NCBI GenBank assembly: GCA_965200315.1
Contig: OZ241362.1
Span: 160,001-224,000 of the forward strand
Reading direction: 5' to 3'
DNA: 64,000 nt
DNA from: Candidatus Latescibacterota bacterium
Lineage (GTDB): Bacteria > Latescibacterota > UBA2968 > UBA8231
Shown here piece after piece: positions 37,081 through 46,868 of the stretch. Each line of letters opens with the position of its first letter. The stretch's first letter is position 1. The notes under the pieces are model-generated. The model ran no database searches, was not told the origin of the DNA, and saw nothing but the letters and a program-made list of their open reading frames with translations. Made by a program: the position numbers and the translations under genes.

Positions 37081-40000
37081 ATGAAGCTGGACATTCAGGA
37101 CAAATTTCTACAGCGCGATGGCCGGGTCTTTCTCACGGGCATGGAGGCGATTGTGCGCCTCGTGCGCGAAAAACAGGAGCGCGATCAAGCCTCCGGCCAC
37201 GTCAACCAGACTTATTTCACCGGCTATGAGGGGTCGCCGCTGGGCGGGCTGGACCTGAAAATCGTCGCCCAACTCGAAATGCTCAACGAACTGGGGCGCA
37301 CGGTGCATCAGTTCGGCATCAACGAGAAAACCGCGGCTTCTGCCATCTTGGGCAGCCAATTTGCGGCCAGTGGGGACATAGATGCCTTCTGGTACGGCAA
37401 GGCACACGGCACGATGTGGATTCCCGACGAGGTGTGGCTGGCCAACCTCAGCGGTACGGGGGTACGCGGCGCGATGGTCCTGCTGTCGGGAGAAGATCAT
37501 CGCTCCAAGAGCTCGGTCTCGCCCGGGGCCAGCGATTGGGTGTTGCGCAGCAGCATGGTGCCGATTTTCTATCCGGCCAGTATCGAAGACGTCATTCGCT
37601 TGGGGCTGTACGCGGTTGCCTTGTCGCGCCACGCTGGCGTAGTAACCGCACTCAAGCTGGCAACGCCGGTGTGCGATGGCGCGAGCACGGTCGATTTGGC
37701 TTTTGTGCGGCCAGACATCGCCTTGCCCGAGCGCCCCTTTGCCAAGCGATTCAACCAGATCGTCATGGCTACGAGTGCCTTGCCCATGCAGCAGCAACTC
37801 GTGGAAGAAAAGTGGCCGTTGGTGGAGGCGTATATCCGCGCCAACGACCTCAACCGCCTAGTGGATGCGGACGCGGGCGGCGGAGTCGGCATCGTCGCTG
37901 TGGGCAAGAGCTACGCGGATGTGCGGCAGGCCCTCGACTATTTGGAGCTGCGCGTACCGGTGTTGCACCTTGCGGTGAGCTATCCGCTCGACTGCGAAAT
38001 TGTGCGCACCTTCGCCCGTGGACTGCGGCACATCTACGTGGTCGAGGAGCCAGGTCCTTTTGTCGAAGAGGGCGTCAAAGCCGCGCTGTGGGGAATGGAT
38101 GTGGAGGCCGTGTACGGCCAGTGGGACGAGGCCGGGCAGCCGCTGATCCCGGCGCACGGCGAAGTGGATCCCGAAGAATTAGCACTCAAGCTTGGCCCGC
38201 GTCTGGGGGCGGCTCCCGAGCGCCTCGCTGAGCTGCGGCGCGTGCTCGACCGCACCTACCCGGCCGTGCCCCGCGTCACGCCCATGTCCTGTGGCGGCTG
38301 TCCGTACAACAGCTTTCGCGACTTGCGCGAAAAGCCAGGCGGGGCCATTGGCTGTTCCTCCATTCGGGCGATTGAAGCCTACGACTCCGGCGTCCTCTAC
38401 ATCCCCACCATGGGGGCTGGTGGGTCCATTTACAGCGGCTGGGCCCCCTTCAACGGCAATCAGCACATCTACCAATACTTGGGAGACGGAAGCTATTTCC
38501 ACAGCGGCCGAGGCGCGATCCAAAGCTGCGTCCAAGGCGAGGTGAACATTACCTTTCTGCTGCTTTTTAACGGGGCGGTTGCGCTCACTGGCGGGCAGAC
38601 GCCCGGTGGACAGCGGCCGGTGTCGGATGTGGTACAGGAGCTTTTGGGGTTGGGGGTTGTGAAGGTGGGGATCGTCAGCGAGGACCCGGCGCGCTACCGC
38701 GACTTGGACGGGGAGCGGATCGAGGTTTTCGGCTTGGAGCGCCACGCCGAAGCGCTCGAGCAGTTTAAGGAAATCGCCGGGACGACCGTGCTCATCCTCG
38801 ACAAGGAATGCGCCACTGAGAAGGGCCGCCGTCGCCGCCGTCAAGGGTTGACGCCCGACGAATACGTGCTCATCGACGAGGCCATTTGCGAGGGCTGCGG
38901 CGACTGTTACGCCCAGTCCGAAGGATGCGCCGCGCTCTACAGCGTAGCGACCGAGTTCGGCGACAAGACACAGGTGCGGCAGGCCCAGTGCGCCCAAGAC
39001 GGGCTGTGCATTGACGGCGAGTGCCCGTCCTTTGTTGTGGTCAAGCCGGCCAAGGGCACGCGCTTGCGCCGCCGCCGCCCGGAGCCTTTGGACGAAATCC
39101 CCGAGCCGCCAGCGTACCCGCTGGACAAGCCATACGCGATTTTTGCCATGGGGCGGGGCGGGACCGGCGTGGTGACGATTTCTCATCTGATTGCGTACGC
39201 GGCCATGATGGAGGGCAAATACGTGTATTTGTCCAACAACACCGGCTTGGCGCAAAAGGGCGGGCCGGTGGAAGCGCCGATTGTGATAAGCGCGGCCGAG
39301 CAGCCTGTGTTCAACCGCCTCTTCCCCGGCGAAGTCGATCTGTACTTGGGTTTTGATCTGTTGAGGGCGGCCGAGCCGGACAACCTCAAATACGCCGCGC
39401 CCCAACGCACCCGCGCCCTCGTCAGCACCGCTGAAATCGCCAATGCGGAGATGAATCGCAACCCGCGTACGCAGCCTTTCCCCGAGGCGGCCCAACTGTG
39501 CGCCCTGATCGACCGCTGCACGAGCAAGGACAACATCTATCTCGATACCTACTGGCTGGCCGAGCAGCTCTTCTCGGATACCATTTTCGCCAATATGCTC
39601 CTGTTGGGTGCTGCGTATCAGGCCGGGGGGCTACCCCTACAAGCGGCCTCCATTGAGCGGGCCATCGTGCTCAACGGACAGGCCGTGGAAAACAACGTGC
39701 AGGCTTTTCGCTGGGGGCGCTTGGCCGTGGCCGATCCGGCGCGGGTGGAGCAGGCGTTGGGGACTCAGCAAGGGTCTGCGGATCAAAAATTATCCGAGGT
39801 GAAGGAGTGGCTGGCGCATGACGTGGCTGCTCGGGCGCTGCTCGACGAGGGCTTGGCGGAGCTGACGGGTTTGAATGCGGAGGGGCAGAAGGAGTTGGGG
39901 GTGCGGCTGGCCGAGCTGTGCGCGTATCAGGACGTCGCGTATGCCCGGCACTATTTGCGCTTTGTGCGCCAAGTGTGGGAAGTAGATCAGGGCTTGCCGC

Positions 40001-40503
40001 ACGGCTTGCAGCTCACGCGGGCCGTGGTGCGGGGCCTGTACAAACTGATGGCGTACAAAGATGAATACGAGGTCGCGCGGTTGGCCACGCACAACGGCAG
40101 CGAGGAGCGGCTGTGCGCCCTGTTCGACGGAGAGGTGGAAATCGTCCGGCAACTGCATCCGCCCACGTTGCGGCGTTTGCTCAAGGGCAAAATTGGCTTT
40201 GGCAAGGGCCTGCGTCCGGTACTGGTGCTGCTGAGCCGGCTGAAGGGATTGCGCGGGACCGCCTTCGACCTCTTCGGGCATACGGCGGCGAGGCGCTTGG
40301 AACGCGAACTGATTGGCTGGTATTGCGGGTTGATCGAAGAGGTCTTGCCGGCACTAGCCGCAGAAAGCTATGGGCTGGCCGTAGAAATCGCCGAGTTGCC
40401 GGACGGCATTCGCGGGTACGAGCAGGTAAAAGTGGCGTCGGCTATCCAAGCCAAGCAGCGGGCGGGGCGCTTGTTGGTGGAGTTGCGCGCGAAATATTCT
40501 TAA
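37081..40503 (+). CDS. fused indolepyruvate:ferredoxin oxidoreductase family protein
   Basis: GYEGSPLGG, CGGCP, LGDGSYFHSG (TPP), CEGCGDC ferredoxin, GGTGVVT, GLAQKGG, MAYKDEYEVARL. Confidence 0.93.
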   Translation: MKLDIQDKFLQRDGRVFLTGMEAIVRLVREKQERDQASGHVNQTYFTGYEGSPLGGLDLKIVAQLEMLNELGRTVHQFGINEKTAASAILGSQFAASGDIDAFWYGKAHGTMWIPDEVWLANLSGTGVRGAMVLLSGEDHRSKSSVSPGASDWVLRSSMVPIFYPASIEDVIRLGLYAVALSRHAGVVTALKLATPVCDGASTVDLAFVRPDIALPERPFAKRFNQIVMATSALPMQQQLVEEKWPLVEAYIRANDLNRLVDADAGGGVGIVAVGKSYADVRQALDYLELRVPVLHLAVSYPLDCEIVRTFARGLRHIYVVEEPGPFVEEGVKAALWGMDVEAVYGQWDEAGQPLIPAHGEVDPEELALKLGPRLGAAPERLAELRRVLDRTYPAVPRVTPMSCGGCPYNSFRDLREKPGGAIGCSSIRAIEAYDSGVLYIPTMGAGGSIYSGWAPFNGNQHIYQYLGDGSYFHSGRGAIQSCVQGEVNITFLLLFNGAVALTGGQTPGGQRPVSDVVQELLGLGVVKVGIVSEDPARYRDLDGERIEVFGLERHAEALEQFKEIAGTTVLILDKECATEKGRRRRRQGLTPDEYVLIDEAICEGCGDCYAQSEGCAALYSVATEFGDKTQVRQAQCAQDGLCIDGECPSFVVVKPAKGTRLRRRRPEPLDEIPEPPAYPLDKPYAIFAMGRGGTGVVTISHLIAYAAMMEGKYVYLSNNTGLAQKGGPVEAPIVISAAEQPVFNRLFPGEVDLYLGFDLLRAAEPDNLKYAAPQRTRALVSTAEIANAEMNRNPRTQPFPEAAQLCALIDRCTSKDNIYLDTYWLAEQLFSDTIFANMLLLGAAYQAGGLPLQAASIERAIVLNGQAVENNVQAFRWGRLAVADPARVEQALGTQQGSADQKLSEVKEWLAHDVAARALLDEGLAELTGLNAEGQKELGVRLAELCAYQDVAYARHYLRFVRQVWEVDQGLPHGLQLTRAVVRGLYKLMAYKDEYEVARLATHNGSEERLCALFDGEVEIVRQLHPPTLRRLLKGKIGFGKGLRPVLVLLSRLKGLRGTAFDLFGHTAARRLERELIGWYCGLIEEVLPALAAESYGLAVEIAELPDGIRGYEQVKVASAIQAKQRAGRLLVELRAKYS

Positions 40504-40556
40504 GAGGCTGTCTTCAGCAGTTCCCGCTACGTTGCTAATAAGTTAGGACGACTAAT

Positions 40557-40793
40557 ATGTCGCGGGCGAGGCATCCGAGAAAGGAAATTGAAGAGGCTCT
40601 ATTTAATGCAGAATCGGCAGGATGGACAGTCACTCCTACAAAATCTGGTCATCGGTGGGGTGTGATACGATGTGCGAAAGCCGGTCGTCTTGGATGTCAG
40701 CATTCCGTCTGGTCCACACCTTGAAATCCTCAGAATCATGCGCGGCATTTGCTGCGCATGGTAAATAAATGCCCGCACAGGAGTAAACCGTAA
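40557..40793 (+). pseudogene. HicA-like small toxin with in-frame stop
   Basis: Manual translation MSRARHPRKEIEEAL..AESAGW..SGHRWG..C..C.HSVWSTP*NPQNHARHL; TGA at 40722. Confidence 0.7.
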
Positions 40794-40805
40794 AAGGGAC
40801 ACAAA

Positions 40806-41093
40806 ATGCAAACCTACCACTTTACGCTGATTGTCGAGGGCCCCGACATGCAAGATGAGGTTATGATCGATGCCCTCTTTGAGAATGGCTGTGACGACGG
40901 AACTGTTGGCCGGTCAGATGGGGTTCAATTCATCGTTTTCGATCGCGAAGCGGCGAGTCCTGTCGAGGCGGTGCGGTCAGCGATCAACGACATTGAGCAC
41001 ACTCCAGGACTAAAGGTCATTAGGATTGCCGACCCCGATTTGATTTCTCATTACGGCATTACGGACTGCATCAAGGCGGATCATCCCGCTTGA
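40806..41093 (+). CDS. HicB-like putative antitoxin (C-terminal HTH apparently lost)
   Basis: YHFTLI, DALFENGCDD, FDREA motif; ends shortly after DLI. Confidence 0.6.
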   Translation: MQTYHFTLIVEGPDMQDEVMIDALFENGCDDGTVGRSDGVQFIVFDREAASPVEAVRSAINDIEHTPGLKVIRIADPDLISHYGITDCIKADHPA

Positions 41094-41125
41094 CCAACAT
41101 GTAAAATCAGGAGAGGAGGTACTCT

Positions 41126-41420
41126 GTGCCTACGACCTTGAAACCAGAAATGGAAGCCCAAATCGAGGCGTTGGCGGAGCGGTTGGCTCTTACGGACCCC
41201 GATGCTCACGAGCAGGTGCTGAAAATGGTCTTGGATAACTTGGACGCAAAAGTTCCTCCACTGAGGCGTAAGATGACGCCGGAGGAGATCGCCGAGGAGA
41301 AGGCTCATTGGTTGGAGTTCGGTCGCCAGTTGCGTACGAAATATCCTTACGATGACGACCAATCCGCTGTCCAAAGTCTGGCGAGAGGAGCTATACGACG
41401 AGCAGGGGCTGCCAAAATGA
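41126..41420 (+). pseudogene. VapB-like antitoxin with +1 frameshift
   Basis: C-terminal EELYDEQGLPK* lies one base out of frame (extra C near 41360); overlapping ATG ATA suggests a deleted VapC. Confidence 0.65.
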
Positions 41421-41456
41421 TAGCCGCGCAGGGCATCAAGACTTTCTCGATGCGGT

Positions 41457-42197
41457 TTATGCGGAATTGTCGTCCGCTGCATCACCCTGTTGGTCGCCGG
41501 AGACTAGAGGTAGGAGAATGTCGTAAATTTCTTCTACTTCACTTGGGCTAGTGACAAACCACTCTGCTCCTGGAGCTTCTTTCATCTGTTTGTCATCCCT
41601 GGCCAAGAATCGATGTATTGCCTTCTCCAATTCAGATGGCTTATCCGTTTTGATAGTGAGCGCGATTTTGGGCTTCTCAGGCATTGCTGTAGCCGCTTGC
41701 GACTCAACCCTGCTAACCGGATCGTGCTTGCTTTGGCCAACCTTACATGGCCAAGAAGATTTTCCTTTCAATTCTGCTAACTGCCGGTAAGCGGGGTAGT
41801 AGTAGAGATAAACCGAACCTTTCCCCGAGCCCACGCTCTTTTCATCGGGCGAATCGTGTTGCTCGTGTTGGATGGTTTCGTCCACATCGGAGACCGGAGG
41901 CGGCTCGACGCTTTCGACGGCCTCTGTTTCAGGGGAGCCGGGGCTTGGGACGATTCGCCATATTCCTAGGGAAACATTTTCTGCTCTGCCTTTTGACTTC
42001 ATATCGGCCAACGCCTTCTTGAAAACGCCAACCGTTTGACCTCGCGGCCGTGATCCCCCTCGATCGCAATGAATTTTGACTATGGTCTCAATGATCTCTT
42101 GCCTTTCAGCAGTCTCTCCCGAAAACTTCTCTATGATGAGCTCCCGAGCAATTGGTCGCGTGAGAGGTGTTTTAACATACTCATAGTCGTTGTTCAT
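41457..42197 (-). CDS. GIY-YIG (T5orf172/MUG113-like) nuclease-domain protein
   Basis: GSVYLYY, CKVGQS, R, ELEKAIH, EWF motifs; N-terminal helical/wHTH-like region. Confidence 0.8.
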   Translation of the reverse strand: MNNDYEYVKTPLTRPIARELIIEKFSGETAERQEIIETIVKIHCDRGGSRPRGQTVGVFKKALADMKSKGRAENVSLGIWRIVPSPGSPETEAVESVEPPPVSDVDETIQHEQHDSPDEKSVGSGKGSVYLYYYPAYRQLAELKGKSSWPCKVGQSKHDPVSRVESQAATAMPEKPKIALTIKTDKPSELEKAIHRFLARDDKQMKEAPGAEWFVTSPSEVEEIYDILLPLVSGDQQGDAADDNSA

Positions 42198-42254
42198 ATT
42201 GATTGCCTCTTGTTTGTAAATGTTCCCTAGCTCACTGATAGGACAATTGGGTTT

Positions 42255-43091
42255 TCAGCAGGCGACCAAAACAGGCTGGCGCGTCTTCAGTGCCCGCCGC
42301 AGGCCGCTGAGTAGGGCTTGGCCGCTGTCGGCGGAGTGTTCGCTCGGCGGATGCTCTTTCTCGCAAAAATCGCGCAACCACGCCAGTTCAGCAGGAGGCG
42401 TTGCCGTGTCGGACACGACGTGGGTTCCCTCGGCGCTGGCTAGGGCAATTCCGCTCTGCGCGGCGCTGGCTGAGATTACGCCGCCCCGGCCCAGCAGGGT
42501 CAGCTCGGCGAGTGCCGGCTGGGGGGCGACGACGAGCTGGATCGCCGCGCCGCTAGGAACTGTGGCGGTGAGCACCACTTGATAGGCGCGGCCGTGGTGG
42601 TTGGCGCAAAGATGTACTTGGGCCGGGGCCTCGCCCAGCAGGTCGCTGGCAAAGGCTAGTTGGCGACAGGCAGCCCACCACGCCGGTAGCAAGCCCGGCT
42701 CTTGGACGCCGGCCACGAGGCGCAAATAGACCGGCTCGGCAAACGAAGGATCGCGTCGCTGCTGTAGCACCTTGGCAAACAGGGGCGACCCGCGATGGAC
42801 GCCGCCGCTGGCGATGGGCAGGTCGGCCTTGGGCACCGGCCCGGCGCAGAGGACGGCGACGCCGGCTTGGAGGCAGGTGTGGACGTCGTTGTGGAGGTCT
42901 GCATAAGGCGAGAGGAAGGCGCAGACGCGGGGGTTGGTTTTTTGGAGCATGGCTGGCAAATCGCTGAAAAAAGGCAGGTCGGTGTTGGGGTTCCGACGCG
43001 CTGGATAGTACAGGCCCTTGATCGGCAGGGCGGCGGCGAGCTGGCCGACGAGTGGATTGAGGGCGGGATGGGCGCTGAGGGCGATAGTCAT
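42255..43091 (-). CDS. hypothetical protein, divergent Gfo/Idh/MocA-like
   Basis: CLQAGVAVLC and C-terminal ALKTRQPV resemble Gfo/Idh/MocA but EKP is absent; overlaps the upstream oxidoreductase. Confidence 0.5.
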   Translation of the reverse strand: MTIALSAHPALNPLVGQLAAALPIKGLYYPARRNPNTDLPFFSDLPAMLQKTNPRVCAFLSPYADLHNDVHTCLQAGVAVLCAGPVPKADLPIASGGVHRGSPLFAKVLQQRRDPSFAEPVYLRLVAGVQEPGLLPAWWAACRQLAFASDLLGEAPAQVHLCANHHGRAYQVVLTATVPSGAAIQLVVAPQPALAELTLLGRGGVISASAAQSGIALASAEGTHVVSDTATPPAELAWLRDFCEKEHPPSEHSADSGQALLSGLRRALKTRQPVLVAC

Positions 43092-44224
43092 AGCTCTTGC
43101 TCCAGCGGCAGGTCAACGGCCGCGTTGCACTCGACGGCGCGGTAGCCAGCGAGGATAATTTCCATCAAATCCCGCGCTTGGCGCACGCCATAGCGGGTCG
43201 GGCGGTCGTCGTCAATGGCGGCGACCAAATCGTCGAGCCCGGCTGCTACCCCCGCTGTGTCTTCGGATAGGGCGGCGGTTGGGACGGGTGGCCCTCCGTG
43301 CCACTGCATGGGATCCTCGGGGTTGGGCTGATAGTCGTAGCCGGTGCTATAGTCGCGCAGATAGGCGTCTAGCGCTGGTCTTTTGGCGTCGATAGTAGCG
43401 CTCTGGCGGGTGCCGATGAGGTACGCCCGCGATGGCCCGCCTTGGGGATGGGAGGCTGTGCCAATGCGGCCGCCGCACAAGGTGGCCACGCGGCCGTTGG
43501 CATCGGTCATGGTCAGAGTGCCAAAATCGTCGCAGCCGTGGGCCGCGTGCTCGGGGAAGAAGAAGGCCCCGGCGTGGCCGACTACGTGGCGGATGGGGCC
43601 GAGGCATTCTTGGATTAGGCCGACGGCGTACGCTCCGACCGTTAGCAACTCTCTTTTGATATCTGGGTATTTCCACCGACCGTTGGGGGCAGCAAAGGCG
43701 CGGCGTTGGGTTATGGGGCGCGGCCAGCCCTTGCCGAACATCACATCGACGTGGACGCCGAGTAGGGTACCCAAATCGCCGCTGGCGAGCACTTGGCGGG
43801 TGTGCTGGGCGAGGGTGCCGTAGGCGTAGCCGGGGATGATCGCCCGGACGCCGGTGCGCTCGACCGCGGCGGCGGCCGTCTCGGACTCGGCGAGGGTGGC
43901 CCCGGGAAACTTGTCGATCCACAGGTGCTTGCCAGCCCCGGCCGCGCGGACGATGAGCGTGGACCGCCGTTCAATCTCGCAGCCGACGCTGACCATATCG
44001 ACGGCCGGGTCGTCGATGGACTTGTCGAGGTCTTCTGAATAGGGTACGCCGAGTTGGCTAGCCCATTGCTGGTTGTAGGCGCGCAAGGCTGGGTCGATGT
44101 CGGGGTAATCGGCCACGCCGATGATGCGCAGGCGGGGATGGGCCTGATACAGGGGAATGAAGTGTTGCTGGTGGCTGTGTTTGCTAAAGCTGACCAGCAG
44201 AATGCCGTAGGTCTCAGCGGGCAT
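43088..44224 (-). CDS. Gfo/Idh/MocA oxidoreductase
   Basis: AGAGKHLWIDKFP, GDLG, ILAGYRA...VDLPL. Confidence 0.82.
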   Translation of the reverse strand: MPAETYGILLVSFSKHSHQQHFIPLYQAHPRLRIIGVADYPDIDPALRAYNQQWASQLGVPYSEDLDKSIDDPAVDMVSVGCEIERRSTLIVRAAGAGKHLWIDKFPGATLAESETAAAAVERTGVRAIIPGYAYGTLAQHTRQVLASGDLGTLLGVHVDVMFGKGWPRPITQRRAFAAPNGRWKYPDIKRELLTVGAYAVGLIQECLGPIRHVVGHAGAFFFPEHAAHGCDDFGTLTMTDANGRVATLCGGRIGTASHPQGGPSRAYLIGTRQSATIDAKRPALDAYLRDYSTGYDYQPNPEDPMQWHGGPPVPTAALSEDTAGVAAGLDDLVAAIDDDRPTRYGVRQARDLMEIILAGYRAVECNAAVDLPLEQEL

Positions 44225-44348
44225 GGGATTTTCCTCGTTGGCGATGTGCGAGATAGTATAATAGTCCTGAGGATGATAGCCAAAAGGTTTGGCGGATGAG
44301 TTCTCCTTTTACCTAAAACAACATGGACAACTGCATGGTGGAAACCAC

Positions 44349-44760
44349 ATGACGACGATGTGCCACACGAACACGCTGTTCGATTGCGACGGTCCGCAGC
44401 TATTTGAGGCCCACGACGATGGTGGTCAATATCTGGCACTGCTGGTAGACAGCGAGGAAGAGCAGAATCGTTAGCTGGTCGTGCAGTTTGATCCTGAGTG
44501 CCTGCACCAGTTCCGCGTCGGGTGCCCTTGAACTGAGGCCGCTGATTGCCGAGGCAAGCAGGAACCAGTGGTATCTTGCGACCACGACGAACCTAGACGA
44601 ACCACTGGCGATTGAGCGCCAGAGAATGCCCATAGAGGAGCGTTTTCTGGCGCTCACGTTGGCTGACTCACCTCCGAAAGAGGGCACACTTGCAACAGAC
44701 GCAGAGTGCAACTCCGGTCCACCGGCCAATGCTGTCGAAGTCCGCGACCGTCTGGTATAG
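44349..44760 (+). pseudogene. remnant of an accessory hypothetical gene (DUF6575-like)
   Basis: TLFDCDGPQLFEAHD.GGQYLALL...R*LVV..PE.L.QFR, frameshift, GALELRPL; TAG at 44472. Confidence 0.5.
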
Positions 44761-44876
44761 CTCCTCAAGCTCAACCTCGTCGGCCCTTCTAGCCATGTGC
44801 TTGCTGCGCTGCGCGATTAGCTTGACAGCAGTCGGCCCCCAATCCTATCCTAGCAACTCCACACAAGGAGGAAATA

Positions 44877-45887
44877 ATGGTCAATATCGGCATTGTCGGC
44901 ATCGGTTTCATGGGCATGACCCACTACAAGGCTATGGCCCAGGTTAAAGGGGGCCAAGTCGCGGCCTTAGTCTCCCGCGATGCCAAAAAGCGCGCCGGGG
45001 ATTGGCGCGATATTCAGGGCAATTTCGGCGATAGCGGGGGAGTGCAGGACTTGTCGGGTGTGCGCTGCTACGAAACGCTGGACGAGCTGCTCGCCGATGG
45101 TGAGATCGATTTGGTGGATATTTGTCTGCCGACGACGATGCACGTCGAGGCCAGCATCCGCACGCTAGCCGCGGGCAAGCATGTGCTGTTGGAAAAGCCC
45201 ATTGCCGTGCGCTTGGACGACGCCGACCGGATTGTGGGGGTAGCCGCGGAACACCAGCGGCAATTTATGGTGGCCCACGTGCTGCGGTATTTCCCAGAAT
45301 TCCGGCTGATCAAACAGCTCGTCGCCGCCGCGGAGCACGGCCCGGTGCTCGCCGCTCACTTTAAGCGCATCATCTCGCGCCCGGTGTGGTGGGCGCCAGA
45401 AGATTTGGAACGCACCGGCGGCCCCGCGATCGACCTGCACATCCACGACGCGGACTTCGTGCAGTTTTTGTTCGGGATGCCCACCGCGGTTAGCTCGCAA
45501 GGGTACATTGGCCGGGGCGAGACGGTCGAGTACATCAACACTCACTACCAGTATGACGGCCCCATGGCCATCAGCGCTGAAGGCGGCTGGTTGGCGCAAC
45601 AGGGCTGTCCCTTTGAGCATGGCTATGACGTGTACTTTGAGGAGGCCACGCTCAAGTACAACTCGTCTTGGGGTCAGCTACCGCAACTGTTGACCAAGGA
45701 CGGCGAGGTCAGTACGCCATCACTGCCGGATGAGGACGGTTTCGTCGGCGAGCTGCAGGAAGCGGTGGATGTGATTGCGCAGGGCAAGGCGTCGCAGGAG
45801 ATAGGCGGTCAGAGTGCGCGGAACTCGCTGCTGTTGTGTTTGAAGGAAATTGAGTCGGTAAAGACCGGGCAGAAGGTAGCGATATAG
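44877..45887 (+). CDS. Gfo/Idh/MocA oxidoreductase
   Basis: GIVGIGFMG, ICLPT..H, GKHVLLEKP, DLHIHD. Confidence 0.93.
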   Translation: MVNIGIVGIGFMGMTHYKAMAQVKGGQVAALVSRDAKKRAGDWRDIQGNFGDSGGVQDLSGVRCYETLDELLADGEIDLVDICLPTTMHVEASIRTLAAGKHVLLEKPIAVRLDDADRIVGVAAEHQRQFMVAHVLRYFPEFRLIKQLVAAAEHGPVLAAHFKRIISRPVWWAPEDLERTGGPAIDLHIHDADFVQFLFGMPTAVSSQGYIGRGETVEYINTHYQYDGPMAISAEGGWLAQQGCPFEHGYDVYFEEATLKYNSSWGQLPQLLTKDGEVSTPSLPDEDGFVGELQEAVDVIAQGKASQEIGGQSARNSLLLCLKEIESVKTGQKVAI

Positions 45888-45896
45888 CCCGCCGGG

Positions 45897-46730
45897 CTAA
45901 TGCCCGTGGATGGTGCTAGATTCAGCGCAATACAGGGCATAGGCGAGGCCAATTCCCACGAGCAAGGATGCGATGAGCTTGCCGCGATCGTGGCTGTGGA
46001 AGTGGATCTCCGGCAGCAGGTCGCTCAAGGCAATGCACAGGAACGCGCCGGCCGCAAAGGACAGCACATAGCCGACGAGCGTCCCTTCTTCCGGGCCGAG
46101 CAATTCCACCCCCCCGAAGCTGGCCAGTGCCACCAAAGGGCACAGCACGGCAAATCCGACATTGGCCCCGGCTCGGACGCGCTGGCCGTGCCCGGCGGAT
46201 TTCATCATGCCGATGATGGAGTACGCGTCGAGCGGCTTGTGCAGCAAAATGGCGAGGAATACCCCTAGCCCCGCCCATGCGACGTCGTTATCATGCAGCG
46301 GCCCCATCCTCATGCTGGCCCCCAGCGCGATCCCTTCAGTCACCGTATGCACCCCTAGGCCGAGGGCCACGCCGAACAAACTCCGCGAATGGCCCCCACC
46401 GTGCCCTCGGCGATCGTACAGGTCGCTCGCTTCGCTGCTGAAGTCGTGCTGGTGAAAGTGAAAGATCCGCAGCAAGAAAATCATCATGACCATGCCCAAG
46501 ACCATCCATCCCAGTGCTTTTTCTACCATCTCAGGCCCGGCCATGAAGAGGCTGTGAGGGAGCAGGTGAAACATGGCGATGCCGAGGATGAAGCCGGCCA
46601 CTAAACTCATCACGATCTGGGTGCGCGTGTGCGTCATGGTGCCCAAGGCCGCTAGTTTCCCGCCGAGCAAGGACGCGGCAAAGATGGCGGCTGAATATGC
46701 CGACAAAACGAGTAGAGCGTTGGAGTCCAT
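45897..46730 (-). CDS. ZIP-family metal transporter, copy 1
   Basis: HLLPH, HFHQH loop, HTVTEG, HKPLD, DLLPE. Confidence 0.9.
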   Translation of the reverse strand: MDSNALLVLSAYSAAIFAASLLGGKLAALGTMTHTRTQIVMSLVAGFILGIAMFHLLPHSLFMAGPEMVEKALGWMVLGMVMMIFLLRIFHFHQHDFSSEASDLYDRRGHGGGHSRSLFGVALGLGVHTVTEGIALGASMRMGPLHDNDVAWAGLGVFLAILLHKPLDAYSIIGMMKSAGHGQRVRAGANVGFAVLCPLVALASFGGVELLGPEEGTLVGYVLSFAAGAFLCIALSDLLPEIHFHSHDRGKLIASLLVGIGLAYALYCAESSTIHGH

Positions 46731-46868
46731 GATAGCTAGGGCCACAAACTAGCCGAGCAGGGCGGCGTCATGGACGCGATCTTGTTCGGTGCGAGAGGGT
46801 TTTATATACATACAAAGTCCAAAGTCGCAATCGTCATTTCCTCATATCATGGTACAGGAGGGCAAGCG

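Noticed and set aside
38179-39495. Long antisense ORFs (e.g. 438 aa here, 395 aa at 31572, 304 aa at 55325)
   Set aside because: Shadow frames of GC-rich genes with no recognisable motifs
3495-44474. Stop-codon recoding (in-frame TAG/TGA at 3495, 40722, 44472)
   Set aside because: The stops correspond to different expected residues and mostly co-occur with frameshifts; core genes use TAG and TGA as normal stops
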